Part shown: piece by piece, positions 47,218-55,748 of the stretch
Layout of the letters: each line of letters starts with the position of its first letter
How positions within the stretch are numbered: position 1 is the stretch's first letter
Assembly: GCA_040755855.1 (NCBI GenBank)
Contig: JBFMAD010000001.1
Span: 288,001 to 352,000 of the forward strand
Reading direction: 5' to 3'
DNA length: 64,000 nucleotides
Source: Planctomycetota bacterium
GTDB lineage: Bacteria; Planctomycetota; Brocadiia; JAADGH01
Translations under genes and position numbers: made by a program
The notes under the pieces: model-generated
The model's database searches: none
The model's input: only the letters and a program-made list of their open reading frames with translations
Told to the model about the DNA's origin: nothing

Positions 47218-48150
47218 TTACTTGCCCTCGTGCGTCCGATGATACTCCACGGTCAGGCGCAGGCCCTCGTCGAGATTGACCCTCGGCGTCCAGCCAAGTT
47301 CTTTCTTCGCCTTTGCGGCGTCGAGATAAATCCTGAACGTCTCGCCCAGCTTGGCCGGGCCGTGGATGGGATTCTTCCTATAGCCCGTCGCAGCCTTCAG
47401 CTTCTCGAACAGCGTGTTGACCGACGTGCCGATCCCCGTCCCCAGGTTGTAAATCTGGCCGTTGCCGGTTTCCGGTTCGAGGACCAAAAGGTTCGCTTCG
47501 GCCACATCGCCCACGTAGAGGTAGTCTCGCTCCTGTTCTCCCGTGCCGTTGATGGTCACGTCCTCGCCGCGAAGCATTCGTCCCGTGAAGATGGCCACCA
47601 CCCCGGCCTCGCCGTGAGGGTCCTGCCGCGGGCCGTAAACATTCGGATAGCGCAGGACGGTGTAGTTCAACCCGTAGTTCTGGCGATACATGAAGAGGTA
47701 ATGCTCCGGCGCGTGCTTGCTTGCTCCATAGGGGCAGAGGGGGTTCACCGGGTGCTTCTCGTCGCACGGCAGATATTCCGGCTCGCCATAGACCGCCCCG
47801 CCGGTGGAGACATAGATGAACTTGGCGACCCCGTACCGCCGGGCGTACTCGATGAGCCGGATGGAACCGAGTATGTTGATCTCCGCGTCGTGGAGCGGCC
47901 GCTCCACCGATTCGCGGACGTAGATATGCGCCGCATGGTGGATGATGCAGTCGGGCCGATGTTCCTTGACGACGCCCTCCAATGCGGGGGCGCGGATGTC
48001 CATCTTGTGGAAGACGGCCTTGGGGTTGACGTTTTTTTCCTTGCCGCTCGAAAGATCGTCAATGATGACGACTTCATGGCCGTTAGCCATAAGCAGATCG
48101 GCCACATTTGAAGCGATGAACCCGGCAGCGCCGGTTGCGAGTATCTTCAT
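47218..48150 (-). CDS. NAD-dependent epimerase (UDP-glucose 4-epimerase-like)
   Basis: TGAAGFI, STGGAVYG, YGASK, NVYGPRQDPHGEAGVVAIF. Confidence 0.93.
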   Translation of the reverse strand: MKILATGAAGFIASNVADLLMANGHEVVIIDDLSSGKEKNVNPKAVFHKMDIRAPALEGVVKEHRPDCIIHHAAHIYVRESVERPLHDAEINILGSIRLIEYARRYGVAKFIYVSTGGAVYGEPEYLPCDEKHPVNPLCPYGASKHAPEHYLFMYRQNYGLNYTVLRYPNVYGPRQDPHGEAGVVAIFTGRMLRGEDVTINGTGEQERDYLYVGDVAEANLLVLEPETGNGQIYNLGTGIGTSVNTLFEKLKAATGYRKNPIHGPAKLGETFRIYLDAAKAKKELGWTPRVNLDEGLRLTVEYHRTHEGK

Positions 48151-48305
48151 GCCTGTCCTCGGGAGATATGGTTCGACAACACTGCAGGGCCACTATAACA
48201 GAAAGTGCAAGGGGACTGCAATAAGGGGGCGCCTGCAATTTTTCACGCCTTTTGAGGTATTGCACGGACGGGTCTCGCCTGCGGGGTCGCTTGTCCGGGA
48301 CCCCA

Positions 48306-48950
48306 TCACGATTTACCCGACCCAACTGCCGGACGGTTCACCCAGGCCGCCTCCGCCACCCGATTAGCCAAGCCAGCCAGGGCATCCTTGTCGCGGACGA
48401 GATCAACCGTCTCCGTGTCCACCGCAATCAATGGGGTCCGGTCATACGACGCAAAAAATCCATTATAAGCGGCGACAACCTTGGTTAGATACCCCTCGCT
48501 CATGTTTCTTTCATACTCTCGGCCGCGCTCCTTGACTCGCCTCATCAGCGTCTCCACGCCGGCGCGAAGATAGATCACCGCGTCGGCGCGAACATTCGGG
48601 GGAGAGAGTTCTCGGCACACGTCCTGATAGAGATGATACTGCCTCGGATTGAGCACAAGGCGCGCAAAGAGGTCGTCCTTGGCGAACATGTAGTCGCTCA
48701 CCACCATCCCCTCTTTCCTGTGGGCCAGGATCGCCCTTTGCTGATCCGAACGCTGAATCAGGAAATAGAGCTGCAGATGGAAGGCATTCTTCTCCGGACA
48801 TTCATAGAATGGGGCAAGTAGAGGATTGTCCTCCACCCGTTCATATACAAACGCCGCCTCCCACCGCTCGGCAAGTCGCTTCGCCACGGTTGTCTTGCCT
48901 GCGCCGATGGGACCCTCCACCGCCACGTAATACCCTTCCTTCGACATCAA
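48306..48950 (-). CDS. Deoxynucleoside kinase
   Basis: VEGPIGAGKTT, FHLQLYFL, RGREYE. Confidence 0.92.
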   Translation of the reverse strand: MMSKEGYYVAVEGPIGAGKTTVAKRLAERWEAAFVYERVEDNPLLAPFYECPEKNAFHLQLYFLIQRSDQQRAILAHRKEGMVVSDYMFAKDDLFARLVLNPRQYHLYQDVCRELSPPNVRADAVIYLRAGVETLMRRVKERGREYERNMSEGYLTKVVAAYNGFFASYDRTPLIAVDTETVDLVRDKDALAGLANRVAEAAWVNRPAVGSGKS

Positions 48951-48995
48951 CCTGCGCTCCTCATCCAGCTTCCACTTCCTTTCCTTATCCTACAT

Positions 48996-49472
48996 CTACC
49001 GTGATTCCACGTCATCCAATCCCCCCAAGAGCTCCGAAACGGTCTTCCCAAACACAGGATGGACCGCCCCCGGTGCGATCTCGTTCAACGGCCCCAGCAC
49101 AAACCTCCGCTCGTGCATCAGCGGGTGCGGCACGGTCAGCCGTTCCGTCTGAATCACCACATCCCCATAGAGGAGGATGTCCAAGTCAACCGTCCGCGGC
49201 CCCCACTTCACCGTTCGCTCTCGCCCCAGGTTACGCTCGATGGCCTGGAGCCGGTCGAGCAGCTCCTCCGGGGCCAGGGCCGTTCGCACCTCCGCCGCCG
49301 CGTTCAGGAACTTCCCCTGCGGCGGCCCGCCCACGGGGGCGGTCTCGTGAAAACTCGATACCTTCGTGACCTCGATGCCCCCGCTCTCCCGCAGCAGCGC
49401 CAGCGCGCCCCGCAGATTCTCCTCCCGATCCCCCACGTTCGACCCCAGGCCGATGTAGCAGACCACCGCCAT
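48996..49472 (-). CDS. folK: 2-amino-4-hydroxy-6-hydroxymethyldihydropteridine diphosphokinase
   Basis: LGSNVGD, WGPRTVDLDILLY, VPHPLMHERRFVL. Confidence 0.97.
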   Translation of the reverse strand: MAVVCYIGLGSNVGDREENLRGALALLRESGGIEVTKVSSFHETAPVGGPPQGKFLNAAAEVRTALAPEELLDRLQAIERNLGRERTVKWGPRTVDLDILLYGDVVIQTERLTVPHPLMHERRFVLGPLNEIAPGAVHPVFGKTVSELLGGLDDVESR

Positions 49473-49475
49473 CGC

Positions 49476-50516
49476 TCACTCGAACACGGTCTTGATCATC
49501 GCCCGATAGTTCTCCACCGGCACGTAGCTCGTTACGGAGTTTGAGGATCCCAGGCAGTAGCCGCCGTCGTAGGCCAGGTCGCGGATGTTGTCGAGCGCGA
49601 TCTGCCGCACCTCATCCGGCGTCCCTCGCGACAGACGGTCCACCTCCACATTGCCCAGCAGGCAGAGATCGCCCGCCACCATCTTCTTCAGCTCGCGGCT
49701 GTCCATCGCCTTCGGCTCGATCGGGTGCAGCGCGTTGAACCCCACCCCGATCAGGTCCTCCAGCACGTCGAACAGCCTCCCGTCGGAATGATAGATGAAG
49801 GGCAGATCCTTCTCCCGGCACAGCGCCCCCATCTTCCGATACCACGGGAAGACGTACCGCCGCAGCACCTCCGGCTTCACCATCAGTCCCGTGCCGAAGG
49901 CGATGTCGTCCGACATCCACGCCGCCCCCACGCGCTCGCACTCCAGCGCCCGCGCCAGGGCGCCGTACTGCAGCTCGCCGATCCTCTGGAAGAGCGGCTC
50001 CAACAGGTCCGACCCCTCCACCGTCGCCATCGCAAAGGTCTCGAACCCCATCAGCATCCACGCCGCCGTGAAGACCTTGCCGAGGATCGCGATGATCTTC
50101 ACCTCCTCGGGGAGCAGGGCGGACAGATCGTCGAGGATCGAGAAGTCCATCGTGTCCACCTTCGGCCAACGGAACCGCTCGAATTCCTCCAGGCTCGTCA
50201 CCACCCCCTTGTGCTCGGCGGCCCAGTTCATCTCCACGTCTTCCTCGGAATAGACGCTGTAGCTGCCCTTCTTCACCGTCGTCGCATCGCCGGAGAAGAC
50301 GCCGCCCACCTGGATCAGACCGAGCTCGGCCGGGACGTAGTCGTATCCCGCCTTCATCCAGAAGTCCACCCGATCCTTCGCCGACGCGATGGGCCGGCCC
50401 AGGTAGGCCGCCTGGACCTGCGGGTTCACGTGCAGCTCGATGAGGGGCACGCGATCCGGCGCGCCCTCGAGCATGAGGGCGCTGCGCAGGCGTCGGAAGT
50501 CATTTCGTTTAAACAT
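49476..50516 (-). CDS. Uroporphyrinogen decarboxylase/MtaA-like family protein
   Basis: PDRVP, SDDIAF, IYHSDG, LHPIEP, LLGNV, GGYCLGSSNSV. Confidence 0.88.
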   Translation of the reverse strand: MFKRNDFRRLRSALMLEGAPDRVPLIELHVNPQVQAAYLGRPIASAKDRVDFWMKAGYDYVPAELGLIQVGGVFSGDATTVKKGSYSVYSEEDVEMNWAAEHKGVVTSLEEFERFRWPKVDTMDFSILDDLSALLPEEVKIIAILGKVFTAAWMLMGFETFAMATVEGSDLLEPLFQRIGELQYGALARALECERVGAAWMSDDIAFGTGLMVKPEVLRRYVFPWYRKMGALCREKDLPFIYHSDGRLFDVLEDLIGVGFNALHPIEPKAMDSRELKKMVAGDLCLLGNVEVDRLSRGTPDEVRQIALDNIRDLAYDGGYCLGSSNSVTSYVPVENYRAMIKTVFE

Positions 50517-50610
50517 GGCTCTCCTCGACTTGCATGGAAGGGACCAGGGCATGTATACAATACGTCCGTGCAAGATGTCAAGCGCAATCGAACGGGAGCG
50601 GCCGCTCCCC

Positions 50611-50653
50611 AAAACACCGGGGCGTGATCCAGAATCTCGGAACCACGCCCCGG
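50611..50653 (-). terminator. Probable terminator after pfp
   Basis: CCGGGGCGTG...CACGCCCCGG stem followed on the minus strand by TGTTTT. Confidence 0.55.
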
Positions 50654-50682
50654 CGGCAAAATCCTCGGATGTCTCCGGCCTT

Positions 50683-51963
50683 TCAGACCTGAACGGCCTC
50701 CCTATACTTTTTCTGGAACTCCGCCGGCGTCAGCCCCGCCGCCGATGCGAGGGCCTTCACCCGATCCGCCGACTTCAGGTCCTCCTCCTCCACGCGGATC
50801 ATGAACGACCGGGCCAGCCGGTACTGATCCGAGTTGATGTTCACCCGGCGGACCGTCGTCTTGCCTGTCTTCGGGTCGAGGATGTCGCTGAAGGGAATCG
50901 GCACCAGCTCGCCCCCCTGCATCGAGATGAGCGCCCCGCCCTTGCCCCAGCTCTTCTCCCCGATGCCGAGGAGATAGCGCACCGCCCCGCCGCCGAGCTG
51001 CTGCACATACTCCGCGTCGAAGGGGATCGGGTCGGCGCAGCGCAGCTCGTAGCCGATGGCGATGTCCACGAAGGTGATCTTTTCCCCGCGCTCCTTCGCC
51101 CGCCTCTGCAGCTCCCGCTTCAGGATCAGGCCGAAGGGCACCTCGGCAAGGCGGATGTGGCCGTGGTCGTCCTTCTCCACCTCCACCAGCGGGTTCCCAG
51201 TCAGCTCCTTGGCCACGAGCTCGCCCACGCCCTCGGCCAGGATGGCGACGCCGCAGCCGCGGCCCATGGACTTGGACTTGAGGATCGAACCCTCGATGAT
51301 GTCGCACAACAGATTGAGCGAGACATCCGTGTCCGCGAACTCCTCCGGGATGAGGGTGAGCGACGCGCCGCCGGCGATGCCCATGCCGAGGGCCAGGTGC
51401 CCCGCGCTGCGGCCCATGGCGATCACGATGTACCAGCGCTGCGTGGTCCGGGCGTCCTCCATAAGGTTGGCGATCAGGCGGGCGCCAGCGTCGCGCGCCG
51501 TCTGGAAGCCGAAGGTGGGCATGCTCCGCGGGAGCGGCAGATCGTTGTCAATGGTCTTCGGCACGTGGGCCACCTTGATTGCGCCCTTAGCCTCCTGCGA
51601 CGTCATGCTGGCGCTGAAGGCCGTGTCGTCGCCGCCGATGGTGACGAGGTAGGTGATGTCGAGCTTCTTCAGGGCCTTCACGACGTTGGCCATCTTCTTC
51701 GGGTCCTTGGTCGGGTTCTCGCGCGAGGTGCGGAGCATCGCCCCGCCGCGGAAGCGCTCCCTGTCCATGTCGTCGCGCGTGAGCGTCTGCACGTGATCGG
51801 CGTCGCCCTGGGCGAGCCACTTGAAGCCGTCGAAGATGCCGACGACCTCCAGGCCCTGGTTGAGGGCCTCGATGGTGGCCGCGCCGATGACGCCGTTGAT
51901 CCCCGGCGCCGGCCCGCCGCCGACAAGGATTCCCAATCGTTTCTTCTTTGCCTGCTTCGCCAT
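50683..51963 (-). CDS. pfp: Pyrophosphate-dependent phosphofructokinase
   Basis: GGGPAPGIN, GGDDT (Asp typical of PPi enzymes), PKTIDND, MGR, GYELRCADP. Confidence 0.9.
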   Translation of the reverse strand: MAKQAKKKRLGILVGGGPAPGINGVIGAATIEALNQGLEVVGIFDGFKWLAQGDADHVQTLTRDDMDRERFRGGAMLRTSRENPTKDPKKMANVVKALKKLDITYLVTIGGDDTAFSASMTSQEAKGAIKVAHVPKTIDNDLPLPRSMPTFGFQTARDAGARLIANLMEDARTTQRWYIVIAMGRSAGHLALGMGIAGGASLTLIPEEFADTDVSLNLLCDIIEGSILKSKSMGRGCGVAILAEGVGELVAKELTGNPLVEVEKDDHGHIRLAEVPFGLILKRELQRRAKERGEKITFVDIAIGYELRCADPIPFDAEYVQQLGGGAVRYLLGIGEKSWGKGGALISMQGGELVPIPFSDILDPKTGKTTVRRVNINSDQYRLARSFMIRVEEEDLKSADRVKALASAAGLTPAEFQKKYREAVQV

Positions 51964-52013
51964 GATGGTCTCCTCACTGCCTTAGGGATACGCTTCTGAT
52001 ATGAAGGGGCGAT

Positions 52014-52042
52014 ATTTTGCCCGACGGCAGGCGGTTTGTCAA
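52014..52042 (-). promoter_or_regulatory. sigma70 promoter of pfp
   Basis: TTGACA-N17-CAAAAT. Confidence 0.55.
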
Positions 52043-52088
52043 GGACTTTCACAAGGAAAAGATAGCGGACACAGATTTGCTGAATACT

Positions 52089-52214
52089 GGTTATGGGTTC
52101 CAGGTTTCAGGTTATGGGTTACAGGTTGTGGGTTATAGGTTATGGGTTTCGGGTTACCGGGTTACGGGTTCGGATTCCGGCGGCGTGTAACCGATAACCC
52201 GTAACCTTGAACCC
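52089..52214. repeat. Heptamer tandem array (GGTTNNN x12) facing an inverted array (NNAACCN x4)
   Basis: ggttatg ggttcca ggtttca ggttatg ggttaca ggttgtg ggttata ggttatg ggtttcg ggttacc g ggttacg ggttcgg; then gtaaccg ataaccc gtaacct tgaaccc. Confidence 0.9.
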
Positions 52215-52263
52215 CCACTCCCACACCCCCACACGACCACCGCCGCGTCTCTGTGTGAGGCAT

Positions 52264-52776
52264 TCATTTCTTGTCTTGCGTCTTGACTTCTGACCTCTGA
52301 TCTCTGACCTCTGACTTGTGGCTTCTGGCTTTTTCATCGAGTTCCTTGGATGTCTTAGCGCCGTGTTTGCGTAGAAACGTGACGATCTCCAGTTCGGGGG
52401 TCCGTGTGGCTTCCTTACCAAGCCAGTCGAGTGGTGTTTGACCAAACTTGCCCCTCGCATTGACGTCCGCGCCGCTGTCGACCAGCAATTTAGCCGCTTT
52501 GACATCACGATTGTGGACGGCCGCGTGCAGTGCGGTACCTGCACCGAGTCCCTCCACACGGTTCACATCCTTCCCACGGGAAAGAAGACGTTTTAGCTTG
52601 TCGTATTGCCTCTTGTCCACGCATTCCACCAAATCGTCGGCGGGGTTCCTAAGATACAGATTCATCAAAGCCGTGCACGACACCGTCATGCAGGTTAAAA
52701 GCACAAGAAACATGGAGTACACGAAGCGCCGCCACACGGTTGCCGGTTTGTCGGAATTCTCTCCGGGTCTTCTCAT
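52264..52776 (-). CDS. Ankyrin-repeat protein with N-terminal TM
   Basis: GTALHAAV, LLVDSGADVNARGKFGQTPLD, LRKHGAK; the 3' end runs through seven TGACCTC-type heptamers (52284-52332). Confidence 0.85.
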   Translation of the reverse strand: MRRPGENSDKPATVWRRFVYSMFLVLLTCMTVSCTALMNLYLRNPADDLVECVDKRQYDKLKRLLSRGKDVNRVEGLGAGTALHAAVHNRDVKAAKLLVDSGADVNARGKFGQTPLDWLGKEATRTPELEIVTFLRKHGAKTSKELDEKARSHKSEVRDQRSEVKTQDKK

Positions 52777-52865
52777 TCGGTACTCCTCCCCTCTCTCGCT
52801 CGCTGTGCGTAGGTCAGGAGGGTGAGGCAAGTGAGGATGAAGATTGCGGTGATGAGCCGTCGCAT
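52773..52865 (-). other. 30-aa signal-peptide-like mini ORF or gene remnant
   Basis: MRRLITAIFILTCLTLLTYAQRAREGRSTE*, GAGGGGG RBS, ATGA overlap with the ankyrin gene. Confidence 0.45.
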
Positions 52866-52881
52866 GAACCGCCCCCTCAGA

Positions 52882-53142
52882 TCAGGAGCCGTATTTCTTC
52901 GGCGGATTCTCTCGCACCGATGAGGGAGCGCTTGAAGAACCAATCCCCTCGAGCACCACCGCAGGGACGCCGCCGCCGCCGAGGACCTCCTTGGCGTCGA
53001 GAATCTCAATACCCACGAGCGTCTCGCCTTCGCCGATGTTGAGGGCGATGTCCTCGTTTAGCCGCACCGTGCGGCACTCGTGCTTCCCCTCGATCAGACG
53101 AATGTAGAGGGCGTCTATCTCGGCGTCATAGCTGATCCTCAT
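52882..53142 (-). CDS. DUF2283 protein (predicted antitoxin)
   Basis: MRISYDAEIDALYIRL...LVGIEILDA. Confidence 0.92.
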   Translation of the reverse strand: MRISYDAEIDALYIRLIEGKHECRTVRLNEDIALNIGEGETLVGIEILDAKEVLGGGGVPAVVLEGIGSSSAPSSVRENPPKKYGS

Positions 53143-53154
53143 GGCGCGTCCTCG

Positions 53155-53409
53155 TCAAAAATAAAATATGTAAACGGTTATCACAACGATCTCGCCGGCC
53201 TCCTCCTTGACGACGGGCGCGACCTGCTTGATCGCATATCGCTTGCCCTGCCAAATTTTGCCGAAGGCAAAGTTGTAGCGGAACAGTTTGCGACCGCGTT
53301 TAGCCGGCTCACTCGCCCCCGTGAGGATGGCTTCACGTATCTCTGCTTCCGTCGCTCCGCGTTCGGCGGCTTGCTCCCATGCGTGTTCGGTCAATCGAAT
53401 TGGTTTCAT
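53155..53409 (-). CDS. DUF4258 protein (predicted RelE-like toxin)
   Basis: IRLTEHA.EQ..ERG...IVVITVY; sits upstream of DUF2283. Confidence 0.88.
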   Translation of the reverse strand: MKPIRLTEHAWEQAAERGATEAEIREAILTGASEPAKRGRKLFRYNFAFGKIWQGKRYAIKQVAPVVKEEAGEIVVITVYIFYF

Positions 53410-53441
53410 CTTGCCGCGCTATCCTTGCTTGATGCCTGTTC

Positions 53442-53470
53442 ATTATACAGCATCTTTCCCCCCTCTGCAA
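53442..53470 (-). promoter_or_regulatory. sigma70 promoter of the TA operon
   Basis: TTGCAG-N17-TATAAT. Confidence 0.65.
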
Positions 53471-53495
53471 GTCGGCAGTCAAAGGGATGGTGGTT

Positions 53496-53664
53496 GGACT
53501 TCCGGTGACACGGACCGACCCTCCGAAGCCTGTCCCGGCGGGCTTGGGCGGGACCGACCTCCGGGAGGTCTACTCCCATACGCCCACACTTCCGAGACGC
53601 ACTTCCGGACTTCTGGGGACACGGACCGATCCTCCGAAGACGGAGGCTTCCGGTCCATGTCCCC
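53496..53664. repeat. 33-bp direct repeat pair with hairpin
   Basis: 53496-53528 versus 53607-53639, 30/33 identical; the second copy is the left arm of GGGGACACGGACCG...CGGTCCATGTCCCC. Confidence 0.75.
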
Positions 53665-53825
53665 GAGCGGGAATCTTCGCAAAAGTGAAAGATCGGGCGC
53701 GTACGGCGAAATGCAGTCAGACGGCTTCCGGGGCGCGTTTACGGGTAGCCATACACTTGGCTACTAAGTGGATTTGGGCCGAAAAGCCGTTTCTGGCCGA
53801 ATTCGGGCTGGAAAAGGGGGTTTTG

Positions 53826-53869
53826 CGATTAGTAGCCAAGCGTATGGCCATACGCTTGGTTACTAATCG
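53826..53869. repeat. 44-bp spacerless palindrome with satellite half-sites
   Basis: CGATTAGTAGCCAAGCGTATGG|CCATACGCTTGGTTACTAATCG, one mismatch. Confidence 0.9.
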
Positions 53870-54043
53870 AGAAATCGCGTCGGGCGCGAGTCCCATCTCC
53901 CCATCCTGACATGCCTTACGCCAATTCACCGGCGGGGAATCGAGGCGCGCGCGCATGTGCAAGCGTATGGGAAAAGGGTCATTTTGCGGAACAAAATACG
54001 CTTGGCTAACAAACGCGAGCGCACGTCTATAGCGATTCCGGGG

Positions 54044-55579
54044 TCACGTCTTCGGGATGACGTCGAGCGCCGGGTCGGCGGTGCGTTCCATCTGCTGCCG
54101 GAGCTGCCGGTGCAGGTCGGCGAGGGTCGCCTTGTGCTCTGCGCTGCCGGCGAGGTCGGTCATCTCGTCCGGGTCGGCCTCCAAGTCGAAGAGTTCCCTT
54201 CGCTGGTCGAAGACGAAATAGGAATACTTCCATCGCTTTGTCCGGATCATGCGGCTTGTCGCCTTCTCGCCCTTTCCCCTCTCGCAGAAGCCGGGCCGGT
54301 CGTCCTCGGCGGTCTTGCCCTCCACGAGCGACTTGACGGACCTCCCTTGCACGTCCTTCGACACCGGCATGCCCGCGAATTCGAGCAGCGTGGGCATCAC
54401 GTCCACCGAGTCCACATGCTGCTGGATCACCGTGCCCGGTTTGATGGCGGGGTAGCGCATGATGAACGGCACGCGGACGATCTGCTCATAATATGCCCCC
54501 ACGGATTTTTCCACCATGCCGTGCGCGCCCTGCATGTCGCCGTGATCGGCGGTGAAGAGGACGAGGGTGCTGCTATCGAGCCCCGCCTCCTTCAGCGCGG
54601 CGAGGATGCGGCCCATCAGTTCGTCCATGAGCGTCACCTGGCCATAATAGCACCGAAGGTATTCCCGGACGCCCTTCTCCCCCATCATGGTTCCCATCCG
54701 CGCCGAGACGGATGTCTGATAGACTTCGGGGCGGTTGTCCCAGCTCTTCGGAAAGGGAACCCGCGCCGGGTCGTACATGCTGTAGTACGGATCGGGCGCG
54801 ATGTGCAGGGCATGGGGTGGGCTGACCGACCAGGTGATCATAAAATTCTGGTCTTTGTACTTCTTGATGAGTTCGATGCACCGGTCGGCGAGCCACCATT
54901 CGTAGGTGTACTCCGCCGGACGCAAGGACCTGCCGATGATGGAGACGTCCTGTTGGGGCTTTCTCTTTTCGTCCTGCCACGCCTTGTGGAACGCCGCCAT
55001 TTCGGGGATGTAGCATACCTCGCCGATTTTCTCCTCGCCGTCGCGCGGGGTATGCCATTTCTCCTTGGGGGCGGCTTTCAGGAACTGGTTGTAGGCCTTT
55101 CCCGCCACGTTTGCGGGGTCCTTGCGATAGCATCTGAGGTCCGTCGTCGGGCCGAGGTGCCACTTGCCGAGGTGGAAGGTTTCGTATCCCTTGTCGAACA
55201 GGATCTGCTCGGTGGTCGTCGCTTCGTCGGTCAGTCCCTTTTTCTCCTTATCCCCATCAACATTCCTGACGATGCCGTGCGTATGGGGCCAGAGGCCCGT
55301 GACGAGCGAGGCGCGCGTGGGGGAGCAGAAGGGCGTGGAGCAGAGGGCGTTTGTGAAGCGCACGCCGTCGGCGGCCAGATTGTCCAGCGTCGGGGTCTTG
55401 ACGACGGGATTGCCGGAGCAGCCCATGACCGAAGGGTCGTGCTGGTCGGTCATGAGGAAGAGGATGTTAAGGCGCTTCTGCTCCTGGGCCTGTGCGCTGC
55501 ACGCTATGGAACCCAGCGTCGCGGCGGATACGAAACCGCCTGCGGTCCGGATGAATGCGCGTCGGGTGAATCCGGTCAT
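54044..55579 (-). CDS. Tat-exported sulfatase (Cys-type)
   Basis: TRRAFI Tat motif; NILFLMTDQ, CSPTRASL, GKWHLG, ADHGDM. Confidence 0.95.
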   Translation of the reverse strand: MTGFTRRAFIRTAGGFVSAATLGSIACSAQAQEQKRLNILFLMTDQHDPSVMGCSGNPVVKTPTLDNLAADGVRFTNALCSTPFCSPTRASLVTGLWPHTHGIVRNVDGDKEKKGLTDEATTTEQILFDKGYETFHLGKWHLGPTTDLRCYRKDPANVAGKAYNQFLKAAPKEKWHTPRDGEEKIGEVCYIPEMAAFHKAWQDEKRKPQQDVSIIGRSLRPAEYTYEWWLADRCIELIKKYKDQNFMITWSVSPPHALHIAPDPYYSMYDPARVPFPKSWDNRPEVYQTSVSARMGTMMGEKGVREYLRCYYGQVTLMDELMGRILAALKEAGLDSSTLVLFTADHGDMQGAHGMVEKSVGAYYEQIVRVPFIMRYPAIKPGTVIQQHVDSVDVMPTLLEFAGMPVSKDVQGRSVKSLVEGKTAEDDRPGFCERGKGEKATSRMIRTKRWKYSYFVFDQRRELFDLEADPDEMTDLAGSAEHKATLADLHRQLRQQMERTADPALDVIPKT

Positions 55580-55671
55580 GGTTGCTCCTTGCTTTGAGTC
55601 GAACTCGCTCCGCTCATCAGTTTAGTTGACCACATTTCGACCGCCATGTCAAACCTTGCTTCGCATTTTGC

Positions 55672-55700
55672 TTGATGAGGAAGGTCAACAGGAGTATAAT
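55672..55700 (+). promoter_or_regulatory. sigma70 promoter of the epimerase-ribBA operon
   Basis: TTGATG-N17-TATAAT. Confidence 0.6.
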
Positions 55701-55748
55701 ATTGAATTTGAGCTTACCTCATGCCTTTCGTTGTGACAGGATAGTTCC

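Noticed and set aside
52089..52173. Telomere-like repeat
   Set aside because: Degenerate internal heptamers with an inverted partner; consistent with bacterial short tandem intergenic repeats.
53496..53639. Possible mini CRISPR (33-bp direct repeats)
   Set aside because: Only two imperfect copies, a 78-bp spacer and no cas genes; better explained as REP-like duplication.
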